A DNA stretch of 64,000 bases, taken from Prorocentrum cordatum (taxonomy: Eukaryota). Below the pieces are notes generated by a model. The model made no database searches. It was not told the origin of the DNA and was given only the letters and a program-made list of their open reading frames with translations. The position numbers were made by a program, and so were the translations under genes. Positions 1-9,742 of the stretch are shown here, one piece after another. The stretch's first letter is position 1, and each line of letters starts with the position of its first letter. The stretch lies in contig CAUYUJ010000181.1 of the NCBI GenBank assembly GCA_963575745.1, forward strand, positions 372,001 through 436,000, in the 5' to 3' direction.

Positions 1-1030
1 CTCCACACGGGTCCACGAAGCGCTGTCCTGGGTGGGGGGACCGCATGCGAATGCAGCCACCGGGGCCTTCGGTGGAGCTCCCGATCGAGCCGAGAAACGC
101 GGCTCTGGGCAGGGGAACCGCATGCGAGTGCAGCCATTGGGGCCTTGGGTGGAGCTCCCTACGGGGCCACGAAACGCTGTCCTGGGTGGGGGGGACCGCA
201 TTCGAGCACAGCCACCAGGGCCTTCGGTGGAATCCCCGTTTGAGCCGAAAAACTGGGTCCTGGGCGGGGGGACCGCATGCGAAGCAGCCACTTGGCCTTC
301 GATGGAGTTTCCGATTGAGCCGAGGAACGCGATCCTGGGCGGAGGGAACCGCACGCGAGTGCAGCCACTGGGGCCTCGTCGGAGCCCACGACGGGGCCAC
401 GAAGCGCTATCCTGGGCGGAGGTAGCCGCATGCATGTCCGGCCACATGGGCCTTCGGCGGAACTCCCGATGAGGTCACGAAGCGCTGGCGTGAGTGCTGG
501 AACCGCATGCGAGTGCAGCCACAGGGGCCTTCTGCGGGGCTCCCCATGGGGCCACGGAGCGCTGTCCTGGGTCGGAGGTCCGCATGCTGGTGCAGCCACC
601 GGAGCCTTCGGTGGAGCCCAGAAATGGGGCCACGTAGCGCTGTCCTGGGTGGTGGAACCGCATGCGAATGCAGCCACCAGGGCCTTCGGTGGGGCTCCCC
701 ATGGGGCCGCGAAATGCGGTCGTGGGTGGGGGCGCGCCTGCGAATGGAGCCGCTGGGGCCTTCGGTGGAGCTCCCGACGGGGCCACGAAATGCGATCCTG
801 GGCGGAGGGGATCGCATGCGAGCGCAGCCGCTCGGGCTCTAGGTGGAGCTCTTTTTTCGGGCTGCGAAACGCCAGCCTGAGCGGGGGAACCCCATGCTAC
901 TGCAGCCGTTGGGGCTCTCGGTAACAACCCCTATGGCGCCACGAAACGCAATCCTGGGTGGGGGATGCGAGTGCAGCCACTGGGGCCTTCGGCGGAGACC
1001 CCTACAGAGCCCCGAAACGTTGTCCTGTGT
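1..1030. repeat. ~77-bp tandem minisatellite array (GGGGCCACGAAGCGCTGTCCTGGG...GCATGCGAATGCAGCCACTGGGGCCTTCGGTGGAGCTCCC)
   Basis: About 13 degenerate copies of the unit recur every ~77 nt from the window start; the overlapping ORFs here are only translations of the repeat. Confidence 0.9.
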
Positions 1031-1099
1031 GCGGGAGGCGCATGGTGGAAAAGGGAAGAGGGAAAAGGGGGCGAGGAGGTGAGGAGGAAGGAACGCGGG

Positions 1100-1141
1100 G
1101 CACTCTCTTCGAAACGAGGACCTAACACCACAAGATGGTTG
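1100..1141 (+). repeat. Conserved terminal motif of a satellite-carrying dispersed element (CTCTTCGAAACGAGGACCTAACACCACAAGATGGTTG)
   Basis: A homologous motif lies in reverse orientation at ~14840-14900, next to a related tandem array. Confidence 0.65.
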
Positions 1142-2696
1142 AGAGTGGCGACGCTGGCGACGAACAAATTGGGGGATGGCCCCCCAAACCGCTCCCAAAC
1201 TCGGGCATTCCGAAAACATTTGCTCCTTGACCCAGAGCAAAGACGATATTGATCCCGCCAGTCTCGTTCCAAAGCGCACAATCGCAATGGGTGTCCAGAC
1301 GTAGAGAAAGAAACGCCGATAAACATGCGCCCAGCCCCCAACCGCTTCAGTCACACGCAAAGCCAACCCAGAGCGACATCGAGGCGTTTTCAAACTGCCG
1401 CATGGGCGAAATTTATAGGGAAATGTTCACATGCGCAGGCCGCCTTCCGAGAAGCAAAAAGACGATCTCGCACCAGCAAACGCGCTCAACTTTCGCACCC
1501 CCCGTTGACGCCACCCCCAAGTGGAGCTGAAGGACCGACGGCTCCAAACAAGACTACATCAGCCAGAAGTGGTCGATTCATGTTTTGTACGAGGCACACG
1601 ATGTTATCAAGCCATGCGTTGGCGCAGACTAGGACGGCTCGTCACTGCTCGAGTTCGAGGGGACCGTCTGGAGCCACAGCACCGCTAGGGCAGGCAGGGC
1701 TGCCACGAGCGTGGAGGCAAGGATGAACCTCAGAGAACCAATTGCGGCAGTAGCTATCGCCGCCCTACCTTGCAGGCAAAAGGAGCGAGGAGGGACAAAG
1801 CAGGGAGGAAAGCTTCGGCCGGGAGGGCAGGAGGAGGGAGGCGAGAAAGAGGTGCATCCTTCTCATCGTCATCCGCATCATCCTTCCCTCCACCTCGCAA
1901 CACTGCCCCTCGCCGAATCCACCTCCTTCTCTGGCTCCTCCTCCTCCTCCTCCTCCTACTTCTCCTCCTCCATCCTCCTCCTCCTCCTCCTCCTCATCCT
2001 TCTCCTCCAGCCTCCCGCCCCTCCGTCTAGGGAGTTCATTGTGTTACCCCCTTCTTCCCCTTCGGGGAGGGCGGCCCCCCTCCCCCTGACCTCCCCCCCT
2101 CCCCCGAGGGACTCCAAGGCCTCGAAGAGGGCACCACGAGAGCCCCAGGAGGGCCTCCGGAGAGAGCCAAGAGAGCCCAAGAGGTCTTTAAGATGGCCCC
2201 ACGATTGCCCCAAGAGTGCCCCACGACGCTCCCAGAGCGAAAGATCGCAGAGGCCTTGATATCTACTCATGTCGTTGTTGTCGTCGGCGACGACGACGAT
2301 GACAACCACGAGGAACTGCAAGCGACGACGGGCAAGTAACCGGTCAACCAGGACAACCACGAGGAGCACATTCCTGATCAGGGTCACTCGCCTGGTGTCT
2401 CTTTTCAAAATCATGTAATCGAAATGCGCGAAGCGTCAAAAACTTCTGTAGTATCCATAGCCGCCCTGCCTGGCGGGCTCAAGGAGAACGGCGCTTCGGC
2501 GGGGAGGGCAGAAAGAGGGAGGAGAGAAGGAGTTGCATCCTTCTCATCGGCGTCTGCCTCCTCCTCCCCTTCAACCTCCCCACCTCCTCCCTCGCCGCCC
2601 CCACCTCCCTCTGTGGGCTCCCCCATCCACCTCCTTCATCCTCCTGCCCCTCCGCCTCTGGCTCTCGATACCTCGTTTCTCGCACAGCCTGAGGCC

Positions 2697-2697
<1 letters not shown>

Positions 2698-2733
<36 letters not shown>

Positions 2734-2740
2734 GTGAGGA
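2698..2740. repeat. (GAT)n microsatellite at the 3' flank of the decayed Penelope-like element
   Basis: Pure GAT run. Confidence 0.95.
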
Positions 2741-2953
2741 TGTGAGTTTTTGCTCCCTCGCCCTGTGGCGTGCAGAATAGGCCTGAGAGACTTTGCTACC
2801 CCTGCTGTAGCCTCGGATGCTGAGCGCGTTGAGCCTAAATGCCGTCGTAACCCTTGTTCCATTGCCTGCATTCGCGCAGGGAATAGGAATCAATGGGGCT
2901 CAAACCACCGTCCTACCCCAACCAACCTCCATTGATGGGACAAAAATCTGTAC

Positions 2954-5474
2954 TCAGGGCAAATCATGTGCTTTCAATGCCTTGAGCTTCTGGACCAGGT
3001 GGGAGTCACCCAGCCGCCAAATCAGGTGCAACTCGAAGCCCGTCGCGCCGGACCATCTCATGTTGAGACGGCGCAGCACGCGAGGCAAGCCTGCAAATTG
3101 CCACTGCCAGAAGAACGGAACTACAAGATAGATCGCGTCCCCCAGCTTGTCAGGAGGAGCCTGGATTGCGGGATGGCGCGCCTGTGCGACGGCTTGCAAG
3201 ATGAGAGAGCTGGCGCCTGATGCCTTCAGGCGGCCAACGAACTGCAAACCGAGGGAGGGGGAATTGCACAATCAAAAAAACCTCCTCGCCATGGCAACTG
3301 GCCACGCTCTGTGCGCGGAGGGGGCGTCGTGGAGACTGTCATCGCCAAGGGGGGTCCATTGACTGGTCGTCTTCTCGTGCACCCTGTAGCTGAATTTGCA
3401 CGGCTCGGGCCGTTTGAAAAGAAACACATCTAAAAGTGCCACCTCCGACGGAGCCACACTTTCGAGCTCCAAGGTGAAAGGTGACGACTCTCTGTTCAGC
3501 GTCGCCAAAAAACAAGTCTGGATTGTTATTGGGGCCGTCCAGGAAAGCGATGATGTCGTCTTTGAACCTGAAGTAAGTCACCAAACCTACTGACTGTACG
3601 AACGTTCGGTTTGAGAGAAGAGTGTTCTCGGCTGGAAAATAGGACGCTGCATTTGAGACCACACCACTGCAAATTATGCCCATCCCGCTGCCGCTCACGA
3701 CCTGCCAAATGGCGTCGAAGCCCGGGACCTCCACGAACTGGCTTCCAGAATAAACGTCAACGCAACAACGTACATTTGTTTGTGGTGCCCCTGGAAAAAA
3801 AACCTGAAACTTCGACCAATCAGCATCTCATAATACCCACTCATACAATATCATTTGACGTATATCTTCACGGCGGACACGTGTGGTGCGAACGACTTAT
3901 CCCGCAAGGCTCGCAGAAGCTGTGGCGGATCCTTCACGAGATGAGGTATGCGGACAAGATGCTGGCGTAGAAGGTGGCTCACGTACCGCATGGCTGGAAC
4001 AAGCGGGCTCCACGGCCGCATGCGGCAACAAAAAGCCGTCTCGTACAATTCCATTGGGACTTGTGGGCCTTAGCTGTTGCAGAGGCCCTGAAACGGATGG
4101 CACCAACATCCGAAGAACTACTCGCCAGAGTTTTCAATAGATCGTTGTCCATGTGGTCTCTTCCCTGGCCATCGCTCGGACGTCCATTCCCTGTGTTTTT
4201 TTTCCGGTTTCGCGCGTGTTTTTTCGCCAAATGATCAAGGATGCTCCTCGATGGTCCTCGCCGAAGGAAAAATGCACACGTCCGAGCGATGCCAGGTTCC
4301 TCTCCTACAGGAAGTGCTTGCACGTCTCCAAACACTCGCTGCAAGCGTCCCGTGCGTGCACGTCGAGGCACGGCACGTCGAGCCCGCGGCACAGTCAGGG
4401 CGTTGACCTAAGGAACCCTAAATAAGGAACGAGGCCCCTTTTTTTCCATAAGTTAAACTTCGACTTCCGATCGAAAGCCGAAGGACAACCTTGGGGAAGC
4501 TGTGAAACACGCAAGGAACACCCAGCCCCTCCCCAACGAAAAGGGTTCCTTCTTCAGGGCCCCGACTGTATCACGCGGGGTTCCGAAAACAGGAAAAGAA
4601 AACCATGTTCAGCCTCAGTTTGTGACACCTTGCGAAGCCACTGTCCCTGTCTGTAGGAAGAGCACCCCAAGCGGCATGGCGTAGAAGCCGAAAGCCTGAC
4701 GCAATGACCTTGGGGAGTGCTGGAGACAAGCCATGACGAATCCGTGCTTTCACGCATGCATCCCATACAGAACAAACCAAAATCCTCCAGGTAGGAAGCG
4801 CACGGCTGAAGGGCTCCACCAGGAAAAAGGGCGGGTGACAGCAGGTCTTTCAGCCAAGAAACGCCACTTCTGAGGCTCATCTCCAGAACAAGGTTGTCGC
4901 CAAACGGTTTTGTTTGACAAGTTCCCCAAGCTCAAGCCCATTTGAAATAGCGACGGCTTGCGAGTACAAGAAAAATGCGTTTGCGATGGAATCGAAGTAG
5001 ACACTCCACTGTCCAAGTCAATGTGCCCGGCTGCGGCACAGCAGTGGTCTTCTCCAGCGGGTCGTGCACATAGATCCCAGGATGACCTCTGCCGCACGTC
5101 AACAGGTTGCCCAAAAGTTTCGCAAATATGCCTCGGACTAACGATTCGAACGCAGCGATGATTGCCTGGCAGCGGCAACACTTCGGAGGGAAAGGAGATG
5201 TGAACGGACGGTGCCAATGACGATGGGATCGCCTATGCCCTTCCCTGATGCGTTGTAGCCTCAACCATTTCCGCGCTGCCCACGAACCCTGGGTTTGGGC
5301 TTGGGTTTCGGCTTGGGCTTCGGGGCTGGACAGCCCTTTTTGCCCTTGTCTTTCGAAGTTGTTTTGCCTTTCGGTGCCCCTTTTCCCGTTTCCTTTGCCC
5401 TTGCCTTTGTCGGACGCCTTGCCCTTACCGTTCGCCTTTCCCTTGCTGGTCGCTTTGCCCTTGCCTGCCCCCAT
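2954..5474 (-). pseudogene. Decayed Penelope-like element (PLE) reverse transcriptase, no GIY-YIG domain visible
   Basis: Frameshifted minus-strand pieces in PLE order: GKG-rich N-terminus; LPTDRDSGF (DK/DKG-like); TAKAHK (KxHK); HLVKD; GSGMG..CS (motif B'); YFRFKDDII (motif C); LLDV...YRVHEKTT...L...SLH (thumb); YLVVPF; stop at 2954. Confidence 0.8.
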
Positions 5475-5797
5475 CGCTGCCCGCGGGGGGCAAGTCGTTT
5501 TTTGGAAGCGAAATCAAAGCTTCCTTAGAAGATAAATCGCCAAAGGGCTGCTGTGTTGTACCATGATGAAGGCGCCGACGGTGGAATATCTGAGATCGTG
5601 GACCGAGATTTTCTCGCAGCAAGGATCCGCGAGCCGATCACCAGATTCAACAGCTCTGCGGGGGGCTTGCTGGATACGTCGTCTGCGATGTCCGCTCTGG
5701 TCGGCATGCTGAGACAGCGAAGCTCGTCAGCGCCGCCCAGTCCCCGTCAACGCAATTCGCCTCCCAGAAGCGTCCGAATGCCGACAGGATCGTCGAG

Positions 5798-7009
5798 CTA
5801 GGACGGCGACGCTCGTCGTGCTCTCTTGATGCCGAGGCCCGCCACGGCGTCCAGGTACCTGCGTTTGGCCGCCTCCAGCACCGCAGGCTCTGCCTCTCGA
5901 GTTTGGCGGAGCTCTTCGGCAGCTTCAGTACATGCTCGCTGGCGGTCGGCGACGTCCTCGCTGCCCAGCAAGTCCATGTCCACGTCCTCGGAGTCGACAG
6001 GCACATTGACGTGGTGGCCCGCTCCAGCTGCTGCGCCTCCGCCGCCAGGGGGCCCACCAGCACCAGGGTCAGCCACGCCGGCAGCTTCGCCACGCGCATC
6101 ATCTGGAGCTGCAGTTGCCTCGGACCTGGCCTGGGCGGCTGCCGGCTGGAGGCGCTCCAGCGTGGCGAGCGCGGCCTGGCCCTCGGCGGACTGCGCGACG
6201 CAATCGTCCAGCGTGGCGCTGACGGCTTTGAGCGGGTTGGGGGGCTCCTCGGCCTGCAGGCGCAGGCAGGCCGACTCCGCATTGGCCAGCTCCTCTTTGC
6301 ATGCCATGGCCGCCGCAGTGACCTCCGCCAGGGACTTGTCGAGCTCCTCCCTCTGGCCGCTGAAGGCCTTGGCCCTGCCGTCCAGCTTGGCCAGCAGGTT
6401 CTCCGCCTTCCACCGCGCAGAGCGAGCCGAAGGGCCCTTGGCCGCAAAGATCTGCTTGGCCTTCTCCGCCTCCTCGACCCCAGCCGTGTCCACTCCCTCC
6501 CGCTGGAAGAACTGCAGCACCTCCGCGAACGAGAGCTCCTTCGCGCTGGCCGGCGGCTGGGCGGGCGGGGCCCTGGCTGCCCAAGGCGGAGCCTTGCCCT
6601 CGAGCGCGGCCAGCTTCGCCGGGAGCTCGCGGATCTGCTTGGCCTGCGCGTCGCCACCCGCGCCGCCGCCGCCTTGCGCCGTCCGCGACGGGCCTGCGGC
6701 CCAGGCTCCCCGCGGTGGCCCGCGCTGCGCGCCGCTGGGCACGAGCTTGGCCGCCGCCGCGCGTGCCGCCTGGGCCACTCTGGCGGGAGCACGGGCCGCG
6801 CAGGCCCGTGCATGTGAGCCGCGAAGCCCAGTTGTCCCACCAACCGAACGAAGGGCACCCCCGCGAGGGCGTCTTGGCGCCAGGGAGGACATCGGGCGGC
6901 GGGGGCCCCGTGCGTCGCTGGCGGCGGCGACTCGGGCGAACGTCGAAACCAGAGTGGCTCGCAAGCACGAGCTGCTCTGAAGCACGCGCTTGCAAGCGCA
7001 ACGCCACAA
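5798..7009 (-). mobile_element. LINE-type ORF1 (Ala/Glu-rich coiled coil with a degenerate RanBP2-like zinc finger in a shifted frame)
   Basis: 403-aa ORF with heptad-like A/E/K-rich segments. An adjacent frame reads CPSFGWWDNWASRLTC. The architecture resembles ORF1 of the 32882-38610 element. An SL relic and a (CCT)n tract precede it. Confidence 0.6.
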
Positions 7010-7012
7010 CGG

Positions 7013-7033
7013 CCTGCGCCAGAACGGCTAGGA
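7013..7033 (-). other. Degenerate DinoSL relic (TCCTAGCCGTTCTGGCGCAGG)
   Basis: 14/18 identity to the 3' 18 nt of DinoSL (TAGCCATTTTGGCTCAAG), located exactly at the microsatellite/ORF1 junction. Confidence 0.7.
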
Positions 7034-7346
7034 GAAGGAGGAGGAGGAGGAGGAGGAGGAGGAGGAGGAGGAGGAGGAGGAGGAGGAGGAGGAGGAGGAG
7101 GAGTGGGAGGAGGACGAGGAGGAGGACGAGAAGGAGGAGGATGAGGATAGGGAGGCACCAACTATACACCAACACCGATCCCAGCCAGGATCAACCTGGG
7201 CCCAGGATCGGTGTATACGCCCTCCTGCCATGGGCAGAATGCATATACACCGATCCTGGGCCTAGGATCGGCCTGGGCTGGATCGGTGTAGGTGTATAGT
7301 TGGTGCCCTCCGAGAGGAGGAGGAGGAGGAGGAGGAGGAGGAGGAG
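7031..7346. repeat. (GGA)n microsatellite interrupted by a palindromic MITE
   Basis: GGA runs on both sides of 7151-7311. Confidence 0.95.
7151..7311. mobile_element. Palindromic MITE/foldback element
   Basis: TIRs GGCACCAACTATACACC...GGTGTATAGTTGGTGCC, plus internal inverted ACACCGATCC/GGATCGGTGT units. Confidence 0.85.
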
Positions 7347-8339
7347 CATAACGCGAGGGAGGAGTCGGAGGATGATGTGGGAAAGGAAGAGCAGGAGGAT
7401 GAGGCATAAACGGCGCGGGAGAAGCCAGAAGAGGGGAGGAGGCGCGCCATGTCCTGAACGCCCCGCGCCCCCCGGGGAACATATGGTGATCAACTTCCAG
7501 GTCTCCATCTGCAGTAAGATGTGGAAGGAATTCTCCATCAGGAGACGGTTGCTCACTCCCTCCTCAGGCCGCTGCCAGGAGAGGGGCTGGGCGACCACCA
7601 CGGCTTGCCTCCGACCGCGTCCACGGCCGAGGCCCACTGAGAACACGACTCTCCTCTCTCAACTGACAATGTCCATTTCGGGAGTCGCCTCTCCCGCGTA
7701 CTGCTTGGTTCCCTCACCCACCTTTCAACCATTGTTGATTTAACATCCTGCTTTCGGTCGAACGAATTTTCGCACTCCACAACGGCGCTCCCGCTGCAGA
7801 GCAGGCCACAGTGGCGAATCGGCGCTTCGCCACCGTCGTTCCGAATGGCGCTCTTGCTCGAGCGAAGGGCCACTTTCTGGAACCGCCTTCTCCCCCGTCG
7901 TTACCGAACCCTCCTTTCCCCTCATCCTCCTTCCTCTGGTCCTCCTTACCCTCCTGCTCCTCCTACTCCTGCGTGTGAAATATTTTCATCTGGGCCGACT
8001 TGCCACTCTTAAGCAAGCGCAAGCCCGAGAAGATGACTCAGAGGGCTGATCAGGTCCTTTCGTCCATACCTTGCCAAGAGCGTTGCCCCGGCATGCAGCA
8101 AGTGGCAGGCCGAATCGTCTGGCGATGCGGTTTCCGCATGAAAGGAGCTCGAGTCCAACATGCGAAGAAGCGGATGGGACGTTAGGCCTGCTTCGCTCGT
8201 ATTATTGTGGCTAGGGCTGCTACACTCGCCCTTGACGCTGAGCCTCCCCCCAAGATTGTGTATACGTCCTCTTCCTTTCGAAGGTTTTCCCACCTTCGGT
8301 GACAACCCATGGGAGCCTCCCATACCATCTTGTCGGCTC

Positions 8340-8505
8340 CTGCGAATCGACGCGGATCGTCGCCACACCGACGCTGAATCGACGCTGAGCGACGCTGAAC
8401 GACGCCACATCGGCGCTGCCTCATCGACTTCCAGAGGCGAATCGACGCCAGTCGACGCTGAAGACGGAATCAAGAGGGCACGCCAAGCTCCCATGGCTTG
8501 CCGCC
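8340..8505. repeat. Dispersed repeat rich in (A)TCGACGC units
   Basis: Colinear homolog at ~56630-56795. Confidence 0.7.
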
Positions 8506-8936
8506 GCATCCCGCCCCCTTCGGGTCCGTCGAGGGGGCGCGCGGGGCCTCCTCGGCGCAAGCGCGCCTGCTCCTTCGGCCTCGGCCTCGCCTCCGAGGGG
8601 GCCTCTCGGGGGCCTCTCGGGGGGGAAAGGGCTCGTGTTTTCGGCTCCTGGTGCCTCTTTGGGGCCCCTTCGGGGGCCGTCTTGGGGCCCTCGTGGGCCG
8701 CTTTGAGCGCCTCAGTCCCTCGGGCGCACGCTGGCAGTGGACTGCGGATCCGTGAAGCCGACGAGCGGACGCTGAATATCCACAGATCGGGCAGCGCGCC
8801 CCCCGAAACATGCCGCCGCAGTGCCGCCTGGATCTGGCGACGGCGCGCGCCGATGCCGGAACTATGGAGGCGGGGCCCGTCGCCGATCCCACGCACCGTG
8901 CGGCACGTCTTCGCGTCCTCGATCAGTCTCGGCCTC

Positions 8937-9088
8937 GCTTTAGGTCGGGCATGTCCCCCCTTCAGGGGGATTTTGGACGGAGCATGAAACATAGTCAAAC
9001 ACCCTCAAACCTAGCCGAGCATATCATAAACAGCGTCCCTCGACTATTCTGCCACTGCTTTTGAAGAGGGACATGCCCGGCTCAAGCC
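8937..9088. mobile_element. MITE family A copy (TIR ~GGCTTRAGTCGGGCATGTCCCTCTACAGGGGGA)
   Basis: Inverted ends GTCGGGCATGTCCC...GGGACATGCCCGGC; six copies in the window. Confidence 0.8.
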
Positions 9089-9581
9089 TTGCCCACTCGC
9101 CCACCCCCACGGCAACTCCCCCGTGGCGGCGGCCTTGTGGATGTTGAACTTCCCCCAGCTCTGCCTCGAGCAGGGGGGCGCGGCGTGGCGCCGCGGAGAG
9201 GGGGCAGGGGAGGGCCTTTCGTGGGGGGGCAGGGGAGGGAGGGAGAGCCACGCCTCCCCTGCTCCACTGCTCCTCCTCCTCCTCCTCCTCCTCCTCCTCC
9301 TCCTCCTGCTCCTCCTCCTCCTCCTCTTTCTCCTCCTACTCCTCCTCCTTCTCTTCCTCCCTCATCCCTCCTCCTCCTCCTCCTCCTCCTCCTCCTCCTC
9401 CTCCTCCTCCTCCTCCTCCTCTCTCATCCCTCCTCCTATCCTCATCCTTCTTTCTGCAACGCATCCTCCTCCTCCTCCATCCCTCCTCCTATCCTCATCC
9501 TTCTTTCTGCACCCCATCCTCCTCCTCCCTCCTCTCCCTCCTCCTGCTGCTCCTACTGCTACTTCTACGGTCTGGAGCTTT

Positions 9582-9742
9582 GTATAGCGTGTCGCCACGA
9601 CGGCCCCAGCGACACGCTATACCTTGCGAGTAGATAGCGTGTCGTTCCACTCCGCAGAGCAGGAGGCCTGGGGACCGGGAAACGGATAGCGTGTCGCTCC
9701 AACGCGTGGCGGGCAAGAACAGGCGGAGCGACACGCCATCCA
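9582..9742. repeat. Dispersed repeat built of TAGCGTGTCGC/GCGACACGCTA inverted motifs
   Basis: Related copies at ~51148-51280, ~53127-53408 (split by GGA) and ~62493-62685. Confidence 0.7.

Noticed and set aside
1..1030. CRISPR-like array
   Set aside because: Whole units repeat with no unique spacers, there are no cas genes, and the context is eukaryotic; it is a minisatellite.
5826..6980. 384-aa plus-strand ORF (also 34219-35463 - and 19538-20131 +)
   Set aside because: Antisense shadows of GC3-rich coding sequence, with no motifs of their own.
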